The notes under the pieces were generated by a model that was not told where the DNA came from, made no database searches, and saw only the letters and a list, made by a program, of their open reading frames with translations. From contig OX597816.1 in assembly GCA_951406725.2 (NCBI GenBank), positions 172,360,001-172,424,000 on the forward strand: DNA of 64,000 nucleotides, in the 5' to 3' direction. Below are positions 13,574-26,480 of the stretch, in pieces. Position 1 is the first letter of the stretch. Every line of letters starts with the position of its first letter. This DNA comes from Octopus vulgaris (lineage: Eukaryota). A program made the translations under genes and the position numbers.

Positions 13574-14061
13574 TCATCATCATTGTTCGACCGTGGTCGA
13601 GACAATGGAATTTACTATGCTACGCCAGACTTCACGGTCCATCATGGCATAACGGAGGTCCTGTTGCTGGATGCCTGTATCCCTGGAGATTACATCAGGG
13701 TAGGAGAGTGTGCGCCCTCTGGTATTGCGAGTAGATGGCTTCCAGAGGAGAAGAGTAGAAATTACCTCTTTTTCAGCCCTACAACAATGTCCAGCAAACT
13801 GGACTCTTCTACCTTTCACAAGAGATGACACAGGTGGTAGTTTCCCATATATTTGCATTTTGGTTGGATGGCGCTTCCACGAGAGATTTTGAGCTCTCAT
13901 AAGGAGGCGAGTGTAGGTTCCATCCAACCGCCTCACAAGCTTCTTTGATAACGTCCAGGTTTCTGAGCCATATAGTAGAATTGGTTCAACTGTGGTTTTG
14001 AAGATTTCAAGTTTGAAGTCTCTACTTAGATTTGATGACCAGATCTTATGCATGTCATTAC
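13574..14061 (-). mobile_element. 5'-truncated RTE-clade LINE (RT C-terminus)
   Basis: Open frame with ILLYGSETWTL...FAGHC...RGR...DREVWR. (GAT)n tail begins at the stop codon. 11-bp TSD AGGTAACCTCA at 13563 and 14062. Confidence 0.9.
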
Positions 14062-14659
14062 AGGTAACCTCACTTGTACAGGTAGCATGGGAAAATGCAC
14101 ACAGGAAGGATCACAGATAAATATATGGTTCAGAGGGCCTTTTAGTCTTTTAGAAGATATAACAACTTAACTTCTTTTGTACTGGCATCACAGCAAAATG
14201 TACTCATTATATTCTGTGAAGTGATTTGTGTTAGGAAGGGCATCCAACAATATCAAATAAACTAATAAGGGAATATACAAACAAGATATGGTCCTCCAGC
14301 CCGTCTAGGTGGAGAGTGTCTCTGAATATAGACTGCCATGTCCAACTCATTCCAGGATGGAAAGCAGATGTAAAATGATAATGTTATATGACAAATATTC
14401 ATAATATATATATATATGTTGCACTAATAAATCGCTATCAAATGATTCTAGGTTGTCCATTTATCAGATGTTCTTCCTAGAGGTAAGACAAATGTTTTTC
14501 ATGTTTGTTGCACACACGTGTCTTTGCTAGTATATACGCAGTGAAGCTATACAATAGCGTCGTATTTATTACGATTGTTATTTTCCAGTAAATATTGGTG
14601 CCTTGTTGTACCATTTTTCTACTATATATATATATATATATATATATATCTATATATAT

Positions 14660-14875
14660 GTAGTGGGTGCTTTTTTTTTTTGTGCGGGTGGCACGTAAAA
14701 AGCACCCACTACACTCACGGAGTGGTTGGCATTAAGAAGGGCATCCAGCTGTAGAAACACTGCCAGATCAGACTGGGCCTGATGCAGCTTTCTGGCTTCA
14801 CAGACCCCAGTTGAACCGTCCAACCCATGCTAGCATGGAAAGCGGACGCTAAATGATGATGATGATGATGATGAT
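14660..14875 (+). mobile_element. Short RTE 3'-tail insertion
   Basis: Terminal unit plus (GAT)n tail. Confidence 0.8.
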
Positions 14876-15414
14876 ATATGTAGAGAGAAAGTGGGAAGAA
14901 GGCACATATACTGGATAATTAAGATAAACACCAGTATAAATATTTAGTGCCTTATTGCATTTTGTTAAAGAGATCTCTGTAACAAAATGCAATAAGGAAC
15001 TAAATATGTATATTGCTGTTTATCTTAATTTTTCACTAGATGTGCTCTATATATAACTAGAAACACTATTAAGTACAGTAGTGGAAGCTGAGTACACTAT
15101 TAAGTACTAAAGTGGAAGCTGAGTGGATACGTGTAGTTTAACTCATACAACAGTTGTAGTGTTGTACCCCGTCACACACATAATCTGTCCTCTGTCAAAA
15201 CCCTCACACTCTGTGTCCAGCTCAGTCCTCATCTCTAACACTATTTCTAACACTAATTACATGCATTTCCAAACTTACCTATCCACCAACCTTTTCAGTT
15301 CCTCTTTCTCTATTCTCTCTCTTACATTCCCCTGTATATTGAAGATATACCCCAGATCCCTCTCTCCTCTTTGCAAGTTCTTGTCCCAGTTCCTGTGCTT
15401 CTATCATACTTTCA

Positions 15415-15540
15415 CCTGCTGAGGTAATTATGAAAAGCTATCAAAAGCTATCAAGACCAAACACCCAGGAAAACTAATGAATGGGGGTCTTGTTTCATCA
15501 GGACAATGCTCCAGCATGCAAGTCCCTAGTTTCAGCGTTT
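15415..15540 (+). mobile_element. mariner fragment
   Basis: Encodes FHQDNAP; similar to the element at 18448-19723. Confidence 0.6.
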
Positions 15541-15542
15541 TT

Positions 15543-15768
15543 TGTCGTATGTGTGTGTGTGTGAGTGTGTGTGTGTTTGTCCCCAATCACTGCTTGACAA
15601 CCAGTATTGGTGTGTTTATATCCCCATAACTTGGCAGTTTGGCCGAAGAGACTGATAGAATAAGTACTAGGCTTAAAAAAAAATTGTGGGGTCAATTTGT
15701 TCAACTAAAACCCTTCAAGGCAATGCCCCAGCATGGCCACAGTCAAATGACTGAAAAAAGTAAAAGGT
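15543..15768 (+). mobile_element. SINE family A, 3' half
   Basis: Shares private variants with the 12620-12996 copy. Confidence 0.85.
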
Positions 15769-16167
15769 AAATGATACACCCATATCTTTATTGAGGGTCT
15801 TGAAGGTTCTACTTAAAGAAATCAACCCCAGTACTTATTTTTTAAGCCAAAGTTGCTAAGTTACAGGAACAAAAACCTGTGGCTTGGAACTGGTCGATCA
15901 CCATCCCTAATTTCCTGATTTATTCCCATCTGACTATATTCACTCAGTTGTAAGTACTTGGTAACCTCACAAGTGCCAGTGCAATGAAAAGAAGAACACC
16001 CAGTATATGCAGCACAGTGGGTGGTGTTAGGAATTGCATCCAGCTGTAGGAACCATGCCAAAGCAGACACTGGAGCTTGGCACAGTCCTCTGGCTCATTT
16101 GTTGAAGGCACCTGGCCCATGCCAGTATGGATGATGAAGGTTAGATTATGATAATGACGGTGTGTGT

Positions 16168-16206
<39 letters not shown>

Positions 16207-16554
16207 TGTGCGCGCACATGCTTGCATGTATCTGTGCATGTTCAGAAAATGCAAAAAGGAAAACTAAATAGTCATTTAATAATGGTTTCAATTTTTGGCA
16301 CAAGGCCAGCAAGTTTGGCATATGTTGGTACTTATTTTATTGATCCCGAAAGGATGAAAGGCAAAGTCAACCGTGGCGGGATTTGGACTCAAAATATAAA
16401 GACAGATGATATTGCCAGGCAGGCTAACAATTTTGCCAGCTTATGTTCATTCTCAATCTCTTTTTTTTTTGAGATTTTAGCTGTTATATGCATAATTATT
16501 TCATGTTTTGCAGAATTACTATTATATAATTATTATAATTAATAAATAATATCA

Positions 16555-18125
16555 TGTATATGATCATAGTCCTCTAGGCAATACCAGAGGAATTCAAGAC
16601 AGGATGTCCCTTGGAGCTCCTCAATGCTGACGACCTTGCTCTAATTGCTGAGTCCCTATCATAACTAGAGGAGAAGTTTCAGGTGTGGAAACAAGGATTA
16701 GAATTGGAGGGCCTTAGAGTCAACCTTGCTAAAACCAAAGTCCTAATAAGTAGGAAGGCAGGCAAACCACAAATCCCTTCGGGCAGATGGCCCTGCTCAA
16801 TCTGTAGAAAAGGCGTAGGTAGAAACTCTTATAAGATGTACCCAATGTAAGCTATGGACACATAAGAGGTGCAGCAATATCAAAGGAAGGCTAACTGGGA
16901 AGATAGTTTTTGTATGTGGCAGATGCTTGGGTGCAATAAACACTGACAATGCGCAGGGAACAACTTCTGCCACATTCCAGGGAGAAAAACTAGAAGTAGT
17001 TGATAGCTTCCGTTACCTAGATGACCAAGTCAGTAGCGAGGGAGGGTGCTCTGAAAGTGTAGCTGCTAGAAAAAGAATAGCTTGGGCAAAGTTCAGAGAG
17101 CTGGTGACAAAAGGCCTCTCGTTCAGAGTAAAAGGTAGACTGTATGACACATGTGTACGAACAGCCATGCTACATGGCAGTGAAACATGGGCCGTGACTG
17201 CTGAAGATATGCGTAAGCTCGCAAGGAATGAAGCCAGTATGCTCCTTTGGATGTGTAATGTCAGTGTGCATACTCGACAGAGTGTAAGTATCTTGAGAGA
17301 AAAGTTGGACCTAAGAAGCATCAGATGTGGTGTGCAAGAGAGATGACTGTGCTGGTATGGACATATGGCGAGAATAGCTGTGTGAACCTGTGGAAGAAAT
17401 AGACCCAGGAAGACCTGGGATGAGGTGGTGAAGCATGATCTTTGAACATTAGGCCTCACTGAGGCAATGACTAGTAACCAAGACCTTTGGAAATATGCTG
17501 TGCTTGAGAAGACCTGGCAAGCCAAGTGAGACTATAACCTCCTGGCCTATGCCAGGGGTGTAACCAGCCCACTTAGGTGTACCTTTCCTTCATTGGACAC
17601 TAAACTCTGCTTGCGAAGACCTGTTGAGGCAAGTGAAATCGAAATCAAATTCGATGACTGGCATCTGTGCTAGTGGAGCATAAAGAGCACCATCCGAGCA
17701 TGATCGTTTCCAGAGCAGCTAACTGGCTTCTGTGCTGGTGACATGTAAAAAGCACCATTCGAGTGTGATCATTAAGTGTCGCCTTACTGGCACTTGTGCC
17801 AGTGGTACGTGAAAAAACATTTGAGCAAGGTCGTTCCCAGTGCTGCTGGACTGGTTCCTGTGCAGGTAGCACGTAAAAAACACCATTTGAGTGTGGCTGT
17901 TGCCAGTACCGCTTGACTGGCCCTCATGCCGGTGACATGTAAAAGCACCCACTACACTCTCGAAGTGGTTGGCGTTAGGAAGGGCATCCAGCTGTAGAGA
18001 CTCTGCCAGATCAGATTGGAGCCTGGTGCAGCCATCTGGCCTGCCAGTCATGAGTCAAATCGTCCAACCCATGCCAGCATGGAAAGCAGACGTTAAACAA
18101 TGATGATGATGATGATGATGATGAT
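16555..18125 (+). mobile_element. RTE-clade LINE, 5'-truncated and degenerate (RT + Cys-rich insert + tandem-unit 3' UTR)
   Basis: ELLNADDLALIAES (YADD motif), then WPCSICRKGVG..CTQCKLWTHKRC..CGRC, then MLHGSETWA...WYGH, then tandem units and (GAT)n tail. Confidence 0.9.
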
Positions 18126-18184
18126 ATGTTGGTAACAGTTAGTAACAACTAATATTATTGACTATAATTAATGCTTTTAATTAC

Positions 18185-18349
18185 CTTGGGAACTGGTATT
18201 GGTGTCACTGGAGGCTTGGGTGAATTAGGTAGACTGATGTTCCATTTGTCGTATGGATCCCCTGCATAAGTGCACTGTATGTTTAAAATTGTTGAACAAA
18301 TTTCTTTCGCAGTTAAATTACTTTTAGAAAGCACATAGAGGGTTTCAGG
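18185..18349 (-). CDS. SMPD1: Acid sphingomyelinase-like, coding exon 2 (end of saposin domain, Pro-rich linker)
   Basis: Hand translation: PETLYVLSKSNLTAKEICSTILNIQCTYAGDPYDKWNISLPNSPKPPVTPIPVPK, matching the WNISLP..PKPP linker of acid sphingomyelinases. TTTTCAG| acceptor, AAG|GTAA donor, 165 nt, phase 0/0. Confidence 0.92.
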
Positions 18350-18447
18350 CTGAAAATTTGATAGAATATATACATATATAGAATAGTAGCATTGTGTAAT
18401 ATATTAAATATGATTAAATATGATATAGAAAGATGCCTTTATACATA

Positions 18448-19723
18448 CAAGGGGTGGCTGAAAAGTTCATAGACTTACCAAGACACCCTCACGGAATTTG
18501 ACCAAATAAAGTCTATTTTCCAACATAGCCCTGCTCCCCACTGTAGTCCACACACTTCTTCCATCGGTGTTGCAGTGCTTGGATCCCATTGGTGAAGCTT
18601 TTATCATGTTGGTCAAAAAATTCATGAACAGCAAATATGACATCATCATTACAGTGACACTGGTTCCCAACCAAGCTCTTTTTCATGTTAGGGAACAGGT
18701 GATAGTCAGATGGGGCCAAATCAGGAGCAGAGGGAGGGTGATCAACCAGTTCAAAGCCATACTCATGCACAGCAGCCATTGAAACCAGGGACTTATATGT
18801 TGGAGCATTGTCCTGATGAAACAAGGTCCCTTTCATTAGTTTTCCTCAGCATTTCATTTTGATAGCCTTTTGTAACTGCCTCAGCAAGTTGGCATAGTAC
18901 TCTCCACTGATGCTTGGTCCTTTTGAAGAAAGTCAATAAACACAGTGCCTTTTGCATCCCAAAAAACTGAGGCCATCACTTTCCCTGCAGATGAAATGAC
19001 CTTGGCCTTCTTTGGAGCTGGTGAGGAGGAGTGTTTCCATTGCATTGATTGTCACTTTGTTTCTGGCTCAAAATGACGTACCTAATACTCATACTGGTTT
19101 AGGAAACATCCAAGAAAACCAGCTGGACCTACCTCAAACCATGTCAGATCTGATCAACTTGGTGTGCCCTTGATTAGGTGTCAAATCTGACACCTACCAA
19201 ACAGAAATATTCGTCATGCCAAGTTCATTGTGCATAATATTCCCAACTCTCTCATGGGATATACTAAAAGCATAGGCTATTTGATTTATAGTTAACCCAT
19301 CAGCTTGTGGTGAACACAATTAATGTTTTCCTTGATGGTGGCAGCTGCAGGATGTCCAGACCTGGGGTCATCTTCAACACTCTCCCTTCCCCTCCAAAAT
19401 TCAGACGCTCACTTTTGCACGGTTGATAAAGCTGGTATGACATCCCCTAATGTAGTGACCATGTCAACATGAATGTCCATAGGGGCTAAACCCTCTTTCT
19501 TCAGGTACTTGATAAACACCACCATGGCAAATTTTGTCCATTTTCAAAAGAAGTTGCTTCTAGTTACTTTTGAAATTTTCTTTGAACAGCCAGATGCCAT
19601 TTTGCCCGGAAAGAAACACTGCAGTTATTAACAAGAAAAGAGTTGAAATTACTGCATGCATGATTTCACATCTCTAGCATCGCTCCTTCATAGTCAACCT
19701 ATGAACTTTTCAGCCCACCCTCG
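18448..19723 (-). mobile_element. Full-length degenerate mariner transposon
   Basis: TA-flanked TIRs CAAGGGGTGGCTGAAAAGTTCATAG / CTATGAACTTTTCAGCCCACCCTCG, 1276 bp. Transposase remnant HQDNAP...HPPSAPDLAPSDYHLF (DD34D type). Confidence 0.92.
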
Positions 19724-19973
19724 TATACATGTACATATATACTTTCAATGGGATATATAGTCTTTTAAGTAAATTAAAAGAACTGACACTTGTGGCATTT
19801 GAATTCAGAACATAAAGGAACATAACTATGTAACACAAGACATCTTGTTTTGGCATTCCACTTACTTTACTGGTCACTACACACTCACTTGTCATATATA
19901 AATGCATGTACACACAGACAGACACACACACGCACACACAAAGGAGAACAAGAATATTAAATTATATAAATAA

Positions 19974-20016
19974 CTAGCATTATGACCCGTCTTTGCCGAG
20001 TCATAGTGCTAGTGCA

Positions 20017-20047
<31 letters not shown>

Positions 20048-20645
20048 GTACATATTACATGTACATCTAAATATATATACATCTACACATAACATACAAA
20101 ATACAAAGTTATATCTTGATATCGCTAGTGATAACAATACTGAAAAAATATAACAGACTGGAATTGTAGGACTATTCCATTTCTGCACGCTAATTTTATT
20201 TTTAATTTATTCTCATTCATGTGAAACCGCTTATTCAAGTTCAAGTCATTGATGCAATTTTATACCAATTGCTATTTTTACTTTTGTTATGTTACGATTA
20301 TATTATACTTTAGTTTGATTTTAATTATTGCTTACTACATATAATTCAATTGTTATTATTATTTTTATTGTTAAAGTGAAAGTATCTGACATAAAATGGA
20401 GAAATGTTTTTGTTTCACTTTTAACACGTAATACTGAAATAGTGGAGAAGATATGATATTGCTACAGGCTCGCTCTAGGCAAGAAGTTGAACATTTTTTT
20501 TGCCAATGACACTCCTGGGACCCTAAGTAAGGCATGTGTAAAATTTGAATGAAATTGGTTGTGTAGTTCTCAAGTTTTAGGGAAACACAGACAGATAGAC
20601 AGACAGACAGACACACGTTCTCAGTTTTATATATATAGAGAGAGA
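19974..20645 (-). mobile_element. Non-autonomous Helitron family H2
   Basis: 5' A|TC..TATATATAAAACTGAG; 3' hairpin and CTAG|T. Homolog at 49925. Confidence 0.8.
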
Positions 20646-20685
20646 TAAAATGACACTAATATGAGTATCAAAGTGTATTACTTAC

Positions 20686-20952
20686 TTGGAATTCATCAAC
20701 AACATCAGCACATACTTTACGACTTTCAATGTAGAAATGTATACAAGCTTCTTTGATGATTTGACCAATGAGTGAACTTTTGGGATTACTCTTCAATATC
20801 TTTCGGAAAAATACAATAGCTGATTCACAAGCAAGGCATTTCAGAGAAAGTTTCAAGGAACGCTTTTCTACTCGATGGTGAAGTGGAGAAGTTGTTACGA
20901 AAGCCACCCAAGCCACAAGCAAAACAGCCGGTATAACACAATAGAGTTTCAT
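20686..20952 (-). CDS. SMPD1: Acid sphingomyelinase-like, first coding exon (signal peptide + start of saposin B domain)
   Basis: MKLYCVIPAVLLVAWVAFVTTSP hydrophobic signal, then CLAC...EAC...KVC saposin cysteines. Polypyrimidine/AG acceptor 13 nt upstream of the ATG (exon starts 20965). Donor CAA|GTAAGT at 20685, phase 0. Confidence 0.9.
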
Positions 20953-21061
20953 CGTTGATAAATTTCTGGAATAGAAAAAGAAAAAGGAAAAATTTATATT
21001 ATAACAAAAGTAAACTGTGAACTATTAAAAGAATAAAAAAAAAAACCTCTTTCATCAGTCA

Positions 21062-21572
21062 CTTATTTCAGTCTTTGGACTAATGGCCAAATTCCGGCAC
21101 TACCATGAAGTGTGTAGTCAAACAAATTGACCTCAGTACTTTATGGGGATGTAAACAAAAGACACAAACAGATACACAAATATTAATAGACTTCTTTCAG
21201 TTTCTCTTTACCATGTAACAAATTTTTAAGCCTGACACTTATTCTACTGGTATTTTCTTTTGCTGAATTGCTAAGTTATAGGGACATAAAACAAACTAAC
21301 ACTGGTTGTCAAGTAGTGATGTGGGGACAAACACACACACAGACGCACACACACACACACACACACACACATGCACACACACACACACATGCACACACAC
21401 ACACAAACATGATGGGCTTCTTTCAGTTTCTGTCTACCAAATCCACTCATAAGACTTTGGCTGACCTGGGGCTATAGTAAAAGACATTAGCTCAAGGTGC
21501 CATGCAATAGGACTGAACCCAGAACCATGTGGTTGGGAAGTAAGCACCTTACCACACAGCCATGTCTATACC
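21062..21572 (-). mobile_element. SINE family A, old/fragmented
   Basis: Diverged family A segments. Confidence 0.7.
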
Positions 21573-22104
21573 TATACATCAAGATAAAAATTATTTCTGT
21601 AAATTTCAGAATTAGGAATCTGACAAAACAATAAAATGATTGAAGCTTGTATCTAACCTAATTATTGTTATTGTTTTTATTTGTGTTGTCAAAGAGTTCT
21701 CATTTAATGAGCATTGTATTAAAGAATGTGCAAGTTCCACTTGCATTCTATTCATGATTGGCAGTTAACCATTGTTATGTACAATGATCCTTCAACTTGG
21801 CAATTGTCCACGAGACTTGTGATAAAGTCAGAGAAGTCTGCAGACCACTACCACAGAACTTGATAGAATAGATATTATAACAGTTAATGATGCTTGAGGT
21901 CAAAACCACAACAACCACAACATATCATGACTGAACTTTGTCACCGATTGTTATAGTCTCTATCAAACCATTGGAAATGTTAGAGAAAGAGAACTAGATA
22001 ACCCATTTATTAACGATTTCACATTAGCTTTCCAGTGTTAGTTGTAGCTGATTGGGTTTGCAAAATCTCAGAGTAAATATTCAACAGTGGAATTATTTCC
22101 TTAA

Positions 22105-22325
22105 CCCTTTCGTTACCAACCCGGCTGAAACCGGCTCTGGCTCTGTTGTACAAATGTCTTGTTTTCTTAAGTTTTAAATTAAAATCTTCCACCAAACCTT
22201 AGTCACAATTTATGTTCCTAGCACTAGCTGAATGATAACTAAGTTATTTTACTAAATTCTTTGTTATATTTAAAGTAATTGAAAGAAACACAGAGCATTT
22301 CAAAATAAATACAGTAACGAAAGGG
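22105..22325. mobile_element. piggyBac-type MITE
   Basis: TTAA-CCCTTTCGTTAC...GTAACGAAAGGG-TTAA. Confidence 0.9.
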
Positions 22326-22784
22326 TTAAATACCAACCAACCAACCAACCAACCAAAATTGGAAACATTTATTGAGGAGGGAACATGTGGAAGGAGTAGA
22401 GCAAGAAGATGTGGGATGAAGTGGTGAGAAAGGATCTCCGGATGCTGGGCTTCACAGAGGGGATGATGAGAGACCAAGACCGCTGTCAGTTTGCAGTGCT
22501 TGAGAAGATGCATCAAGCTAAGTAAAACCGCAGCTGTCTTTGCATACAGGCATGCCCCCCCCCCCCAGCATCCCACTTCAGCTGAACAAAGCTAATCAAG
22601 CAGACATGTGGATGGAGGTGACACATAAAAAGCACAGATACTGGTGCCATGTAAAACCATCCAGTGTACTCTGTAAAGTGGTTGGCTTTCAGAAGGGCAT
22701 CCAGCTGAGGAAACTATGCCAAAACAGACATGAAGCCTGGGCTGCCCTTCAGGTGGCCACCTCCTGTTAAACAGTCCAACACAT

Positions 22785-23201
22785 GGCGCAGGAGTGGCTG
22801 TGTGGCAAGTAGCTTGCTAACCAGCCACATGGTTCCGGGTTCAGTCCCACTGCGTGGCATCTTGGGCAAGTGTCTTCTGCTATAGCCCCGGGCCCACCAA
22901 TGCCTTGTGAGTGGATTTGGTAGATGAAAACTGAAAGAAGCCTGTCGTATATATGTATATATATATGTATATGTAAGTGTGTGTGTTTGTGTGTCTGTGT
23001 TTGTTCCCCTAGCATTGCTTGACAACTGATGCTGGTGTGTTTACGTCCCCGTCACTTAGCGGTTCGGCAAAAAAGAGACCGATAGAATAAGTACTGGGCT
23101 TACAAAAAGAATAAGTCCCAGGGTCGAGTTGCTCGACTAAAGGTGGTGCTCCAGCATGGCCGCAGTCAAATGACTGAAACAAGTAAAAGAGTAAAAGAGT
23201 A
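22785..23201 (+). mobile_element. SINE family A, abutting an old RTE tail (22370-22785)
   Basis: Family A consensus. Confidence 0.92.
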
Positions 23202-23703
23202 AACTGAATTTGAAATATAAGAATCTGCAAGCTGAGAAGAACCATTGATCTGTTTTTCTAATTTTATTTTTTACTTTCATTTATAAACAACATTTTAATT
23301 TTAAATTATAACATTTAAATACAAAGAAACAAGAAAAATAAAAGAAGAAAAGAAAGAAAAAACTAAGTGGGGGTAAAGCAGCAGAAGATGGAGGGTTGGA
23401 TGTAGCATATACTCTAGAACAAATAGTGTGCTCAGTCGTGCCCTGCAGTAATGATCTGTTTATACTGTACATGCTATTAAGAATGATTAGCTTGGCTAAT
23501 GAGTATTAAATTAGATGTGATATACTGAAGGGTAATAACACAGGAGACAAGACTGATTTGTTTCATGAAAGATGCAAACAGTTTTCAGATAAATACAAAA
23601 TATTAGATGAAAGGAAATGAAATTTTTTCATAAGATTCTAAGATCCACAACTTAGTCAAGGTCATTCACAATTTGAAATGTTTGCACGTCACAATAAAAC
23701 AAA

Positions 23704-24107
23704 TCTTTATATATAAAAGTAAGGTTGTGTGCTGTCTTTCTCCTACGATTTAGATTCCTAACTACTCCCACATTTTGGGGTGCAGTTTAACCAAAACCGG
23801 GTATCTTATAGTCGTGATTCATATCGAGCCCTTCTGGGTATTAGCGCGCATCTTACGATGAGTCTATGATTTTAAAAATAATTTACCATCATTTTTTTCC
23901 ATTTTAATGCATTTTTTTCGCTATTCTATAAGGGAAGTAACTCTCTAAAAATGTCTACGATGAGTCAACGATTAAAAAAAAAATTTACCATCATTTTTTT
24001 TCCATTTTTAATGCATTTTTTTTGCTATTTTTTGGCTATAACTCTCTAAAAATGCTTATATAGTTATTTCCCTTACAAACCCGAGCAACGCCAGGTGATA
24101 CTGCTAG
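23704..24107 (+). mobile_element. Non-autonomous Helitron family H1
   Basis: A|TCTTTATATATAAAAG ... ACCCGAGCAACGCCAGGT hairpin ... CTAG|T. Second copy at 40660. Confidence 0.88.
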
Positions 24108-24299
24108 TATATAATACAAGTAGAAAGATATATTTTTTTTTAATGCGTAAGAACTGATAGAACAGCATATACAGGAAAAAATCCTTACAGAGCAGAAAAA
24201 TCTGTCAGCAGCCAGCCATGAATCTCATGGCTGGTTGACGACAGATTTTTCTGCTTTGTAAGGATTTTATCCTATATATGCTGTTCTATCAGCTCTTAT

Positions 24300-24703
24300 A
24301 CTCTTTACTCTTTTATTTGTTTCAGTCATTTGACTGCAGCCATGCTGGAGCACCGCCTTTAGTCGAGCAAATCGACCCCGGGACTTATTCTTTGTAAGCC
24401 CAGTACTTATTCTATCAGTCTCTTTTGCCGAACCGCTAAGTGACGGGGACGTAAACACACCAGCATCGGTTGTCAAGCAATGCTAGGGGGACAAACACAG
24501 ACACACAAACATATACACACACACTTATATATATATACATATATACGACAGGCTTCTTTCAGTTTCCGTCTACCAAATCCACTCACAAGGCATTGGTCGG
24601 CCCAGGGCTATAGCAGAAGACACTTGCCCAAGATGCCACGCAGTGGGACTGAACCCGGAACCATGTGGTTGGTTAGCAAGCTAATTACCACACAGCCACT
24701 CCT
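24300..24703 (-). mobile_element. SINE family A
   Basis: Family A consensus, inserted in one arm of a palindrome. Confidence 0.92.
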
Positions 24704-25221
24704 ACATTGAAAAAATATATATCTTTCTACTTGTACTACAACACATTTCAGCACTTCAAAAACATATTTATGTTTGTTTACATGTGATGTAATTTCTATA
24801 CATATATAAGGTTTTATATCAAAAGTAAAGTCCGGAGTAATCCATAGGTAGGAGAGGTGCAGCTGGAGTGCAAAAAGTCCAAAAGAGAATCCTTAAAGGG
24901 TAGAAAGTCCAGTGAAGTTCGTGGGTGATGAGAGGAGACAAGATCAACTGGTGTGACCACGTGAGTGTGTGATATATGGGGAGAATTCACGAAAAAAACA
25001 AAAGACGAAGACAGGTGGTGTAGAAAACAAACAGGCCCTTTCTCAAATCACTGCTTGCAAACACACACAGTGCCAAGAAGGGCATCCCTCTGTAAAAAAT
25101 CAGTTTACTAGCCCCTGTGAAAAGCAGCCAACCCATGCCAGCATGGAAGACAGATGCTAAATAATGATGATGATGACACAGAAATATAGTTGAATGGAGA
25201 CAATTTATAAAAAAATCTCTT

Positions 25222-25387
25222 AGGTGCAGGAGTGGCTGTGTGGTAAGTAGCTTGCTAACCAACCACATGGTTCTGGGTTCAGTCCCACTGCGTGGCATCT
25301 TGGGCAAGTGTCTTCTGCTATAGCCTCGGGTTGACCAAAGCCTTGTGAGTGGATTTGGTAGAAGGAAACTAAAAGAAGCCTGTCGTA

Positions 25388-25440
<53 letters not shown>

Positions 25441-25649
25441 TTGTGTGTCTGTGTTTGTCCCCCTAGCATTGCTTGACAACCGATGCTGGTGTGTTTATGT
25501 CCCCGTCATTTAGCGGTTTGGCAAAAGAGACTGATAGAATAAGTACTGGGCTTACAAAGAATAAGTCCCAGGGTCGATTTGCTCGACTAAAGGCGGTGCT
25601 CCAGCATGGCCGCAGTCAAATGACTGAAACAAGTAAAAGAGAGTAAGAG
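25222..25649 (+). mobile_element. SINE family A
   Basis: Family A consensus. Confidence 0.92.
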
Positions 25650-26034
25650 TTACATGATTAACAGGTAAGAATTATCAAAAAGAAGGTACCTGGCTGTAAA
25701 ACAATGCTTCCGTTATATGAATTTATCTAATCATATCTAGTATTAGTATGAGGAAATGGTGCACTTACAGATGCACACACATATACATACATGTGGTCAA
25801 AGTGATCTTAATTATCACCATCACCTTATCAGAACTCTAATCAATATCATCCACATGTCAAATGTTGATTCACACAAAATATTTTACAACTGCAGCAAGA
25901 AATTTTGACTGTTAGGAGCTCAATTTCATTGTAATTAAGCTCATTTAGTGTTGTTTCAATAGAATTGTGGCCAGAGACTGAAAACAATTTTGTTACATTG
26001 AAAATTTTGCTATGCTGGTATTTTGTATTATGAT

Positions 26035-26480
26035 GGTCAGGCCATGGAAAGTCCCAGGTGCCATTAAGATAACATCGAAAACATATGTTATCTTCTTAAA
26101 GGACAATTTCTAATTGTGGTTCAAAAAGTAAAAAACTTTCATTCAAGAGAAAACATGTCTTCATGCAAGATAATGCCCCGTCTCATGCAGCGAAGAATTC
26201 TAAAGAATGCCTGCAGGGAATAGGCTTCTCTGGAGGTCGTTTGATGGAGTGGCTACCTTGTTCTCCTGACTTAAACCTGATCGAGAACATGTGGAATGTC
26301 CTGAAGAGGTGCATTTATCAAGACGGACAGCAGTTTTCAAGTAAAGTTGCCGTCGGGGATGTTATTGTAGATGCTGCTCAAAGCACGACAAAGAAGGTAT
26401 CATCACCTTGACAAATTCAATGCATCAGCACATAAGAAAGGTTGTTGCATGTGGAGGATCATAAATCAAACATTAGGAGC
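26035..26480 (+). mobile_element. Tc1-family transposase remnant
   Basis: FMQDNAPSH...WLPCSPDLNLIENMW (DD34E-type C-terminus). Confidence 0.85.

Noticed and set aside
18513-18836. Functional mariner transposase
   Set aside because: The upstream part is broken by stops and frameshifts.
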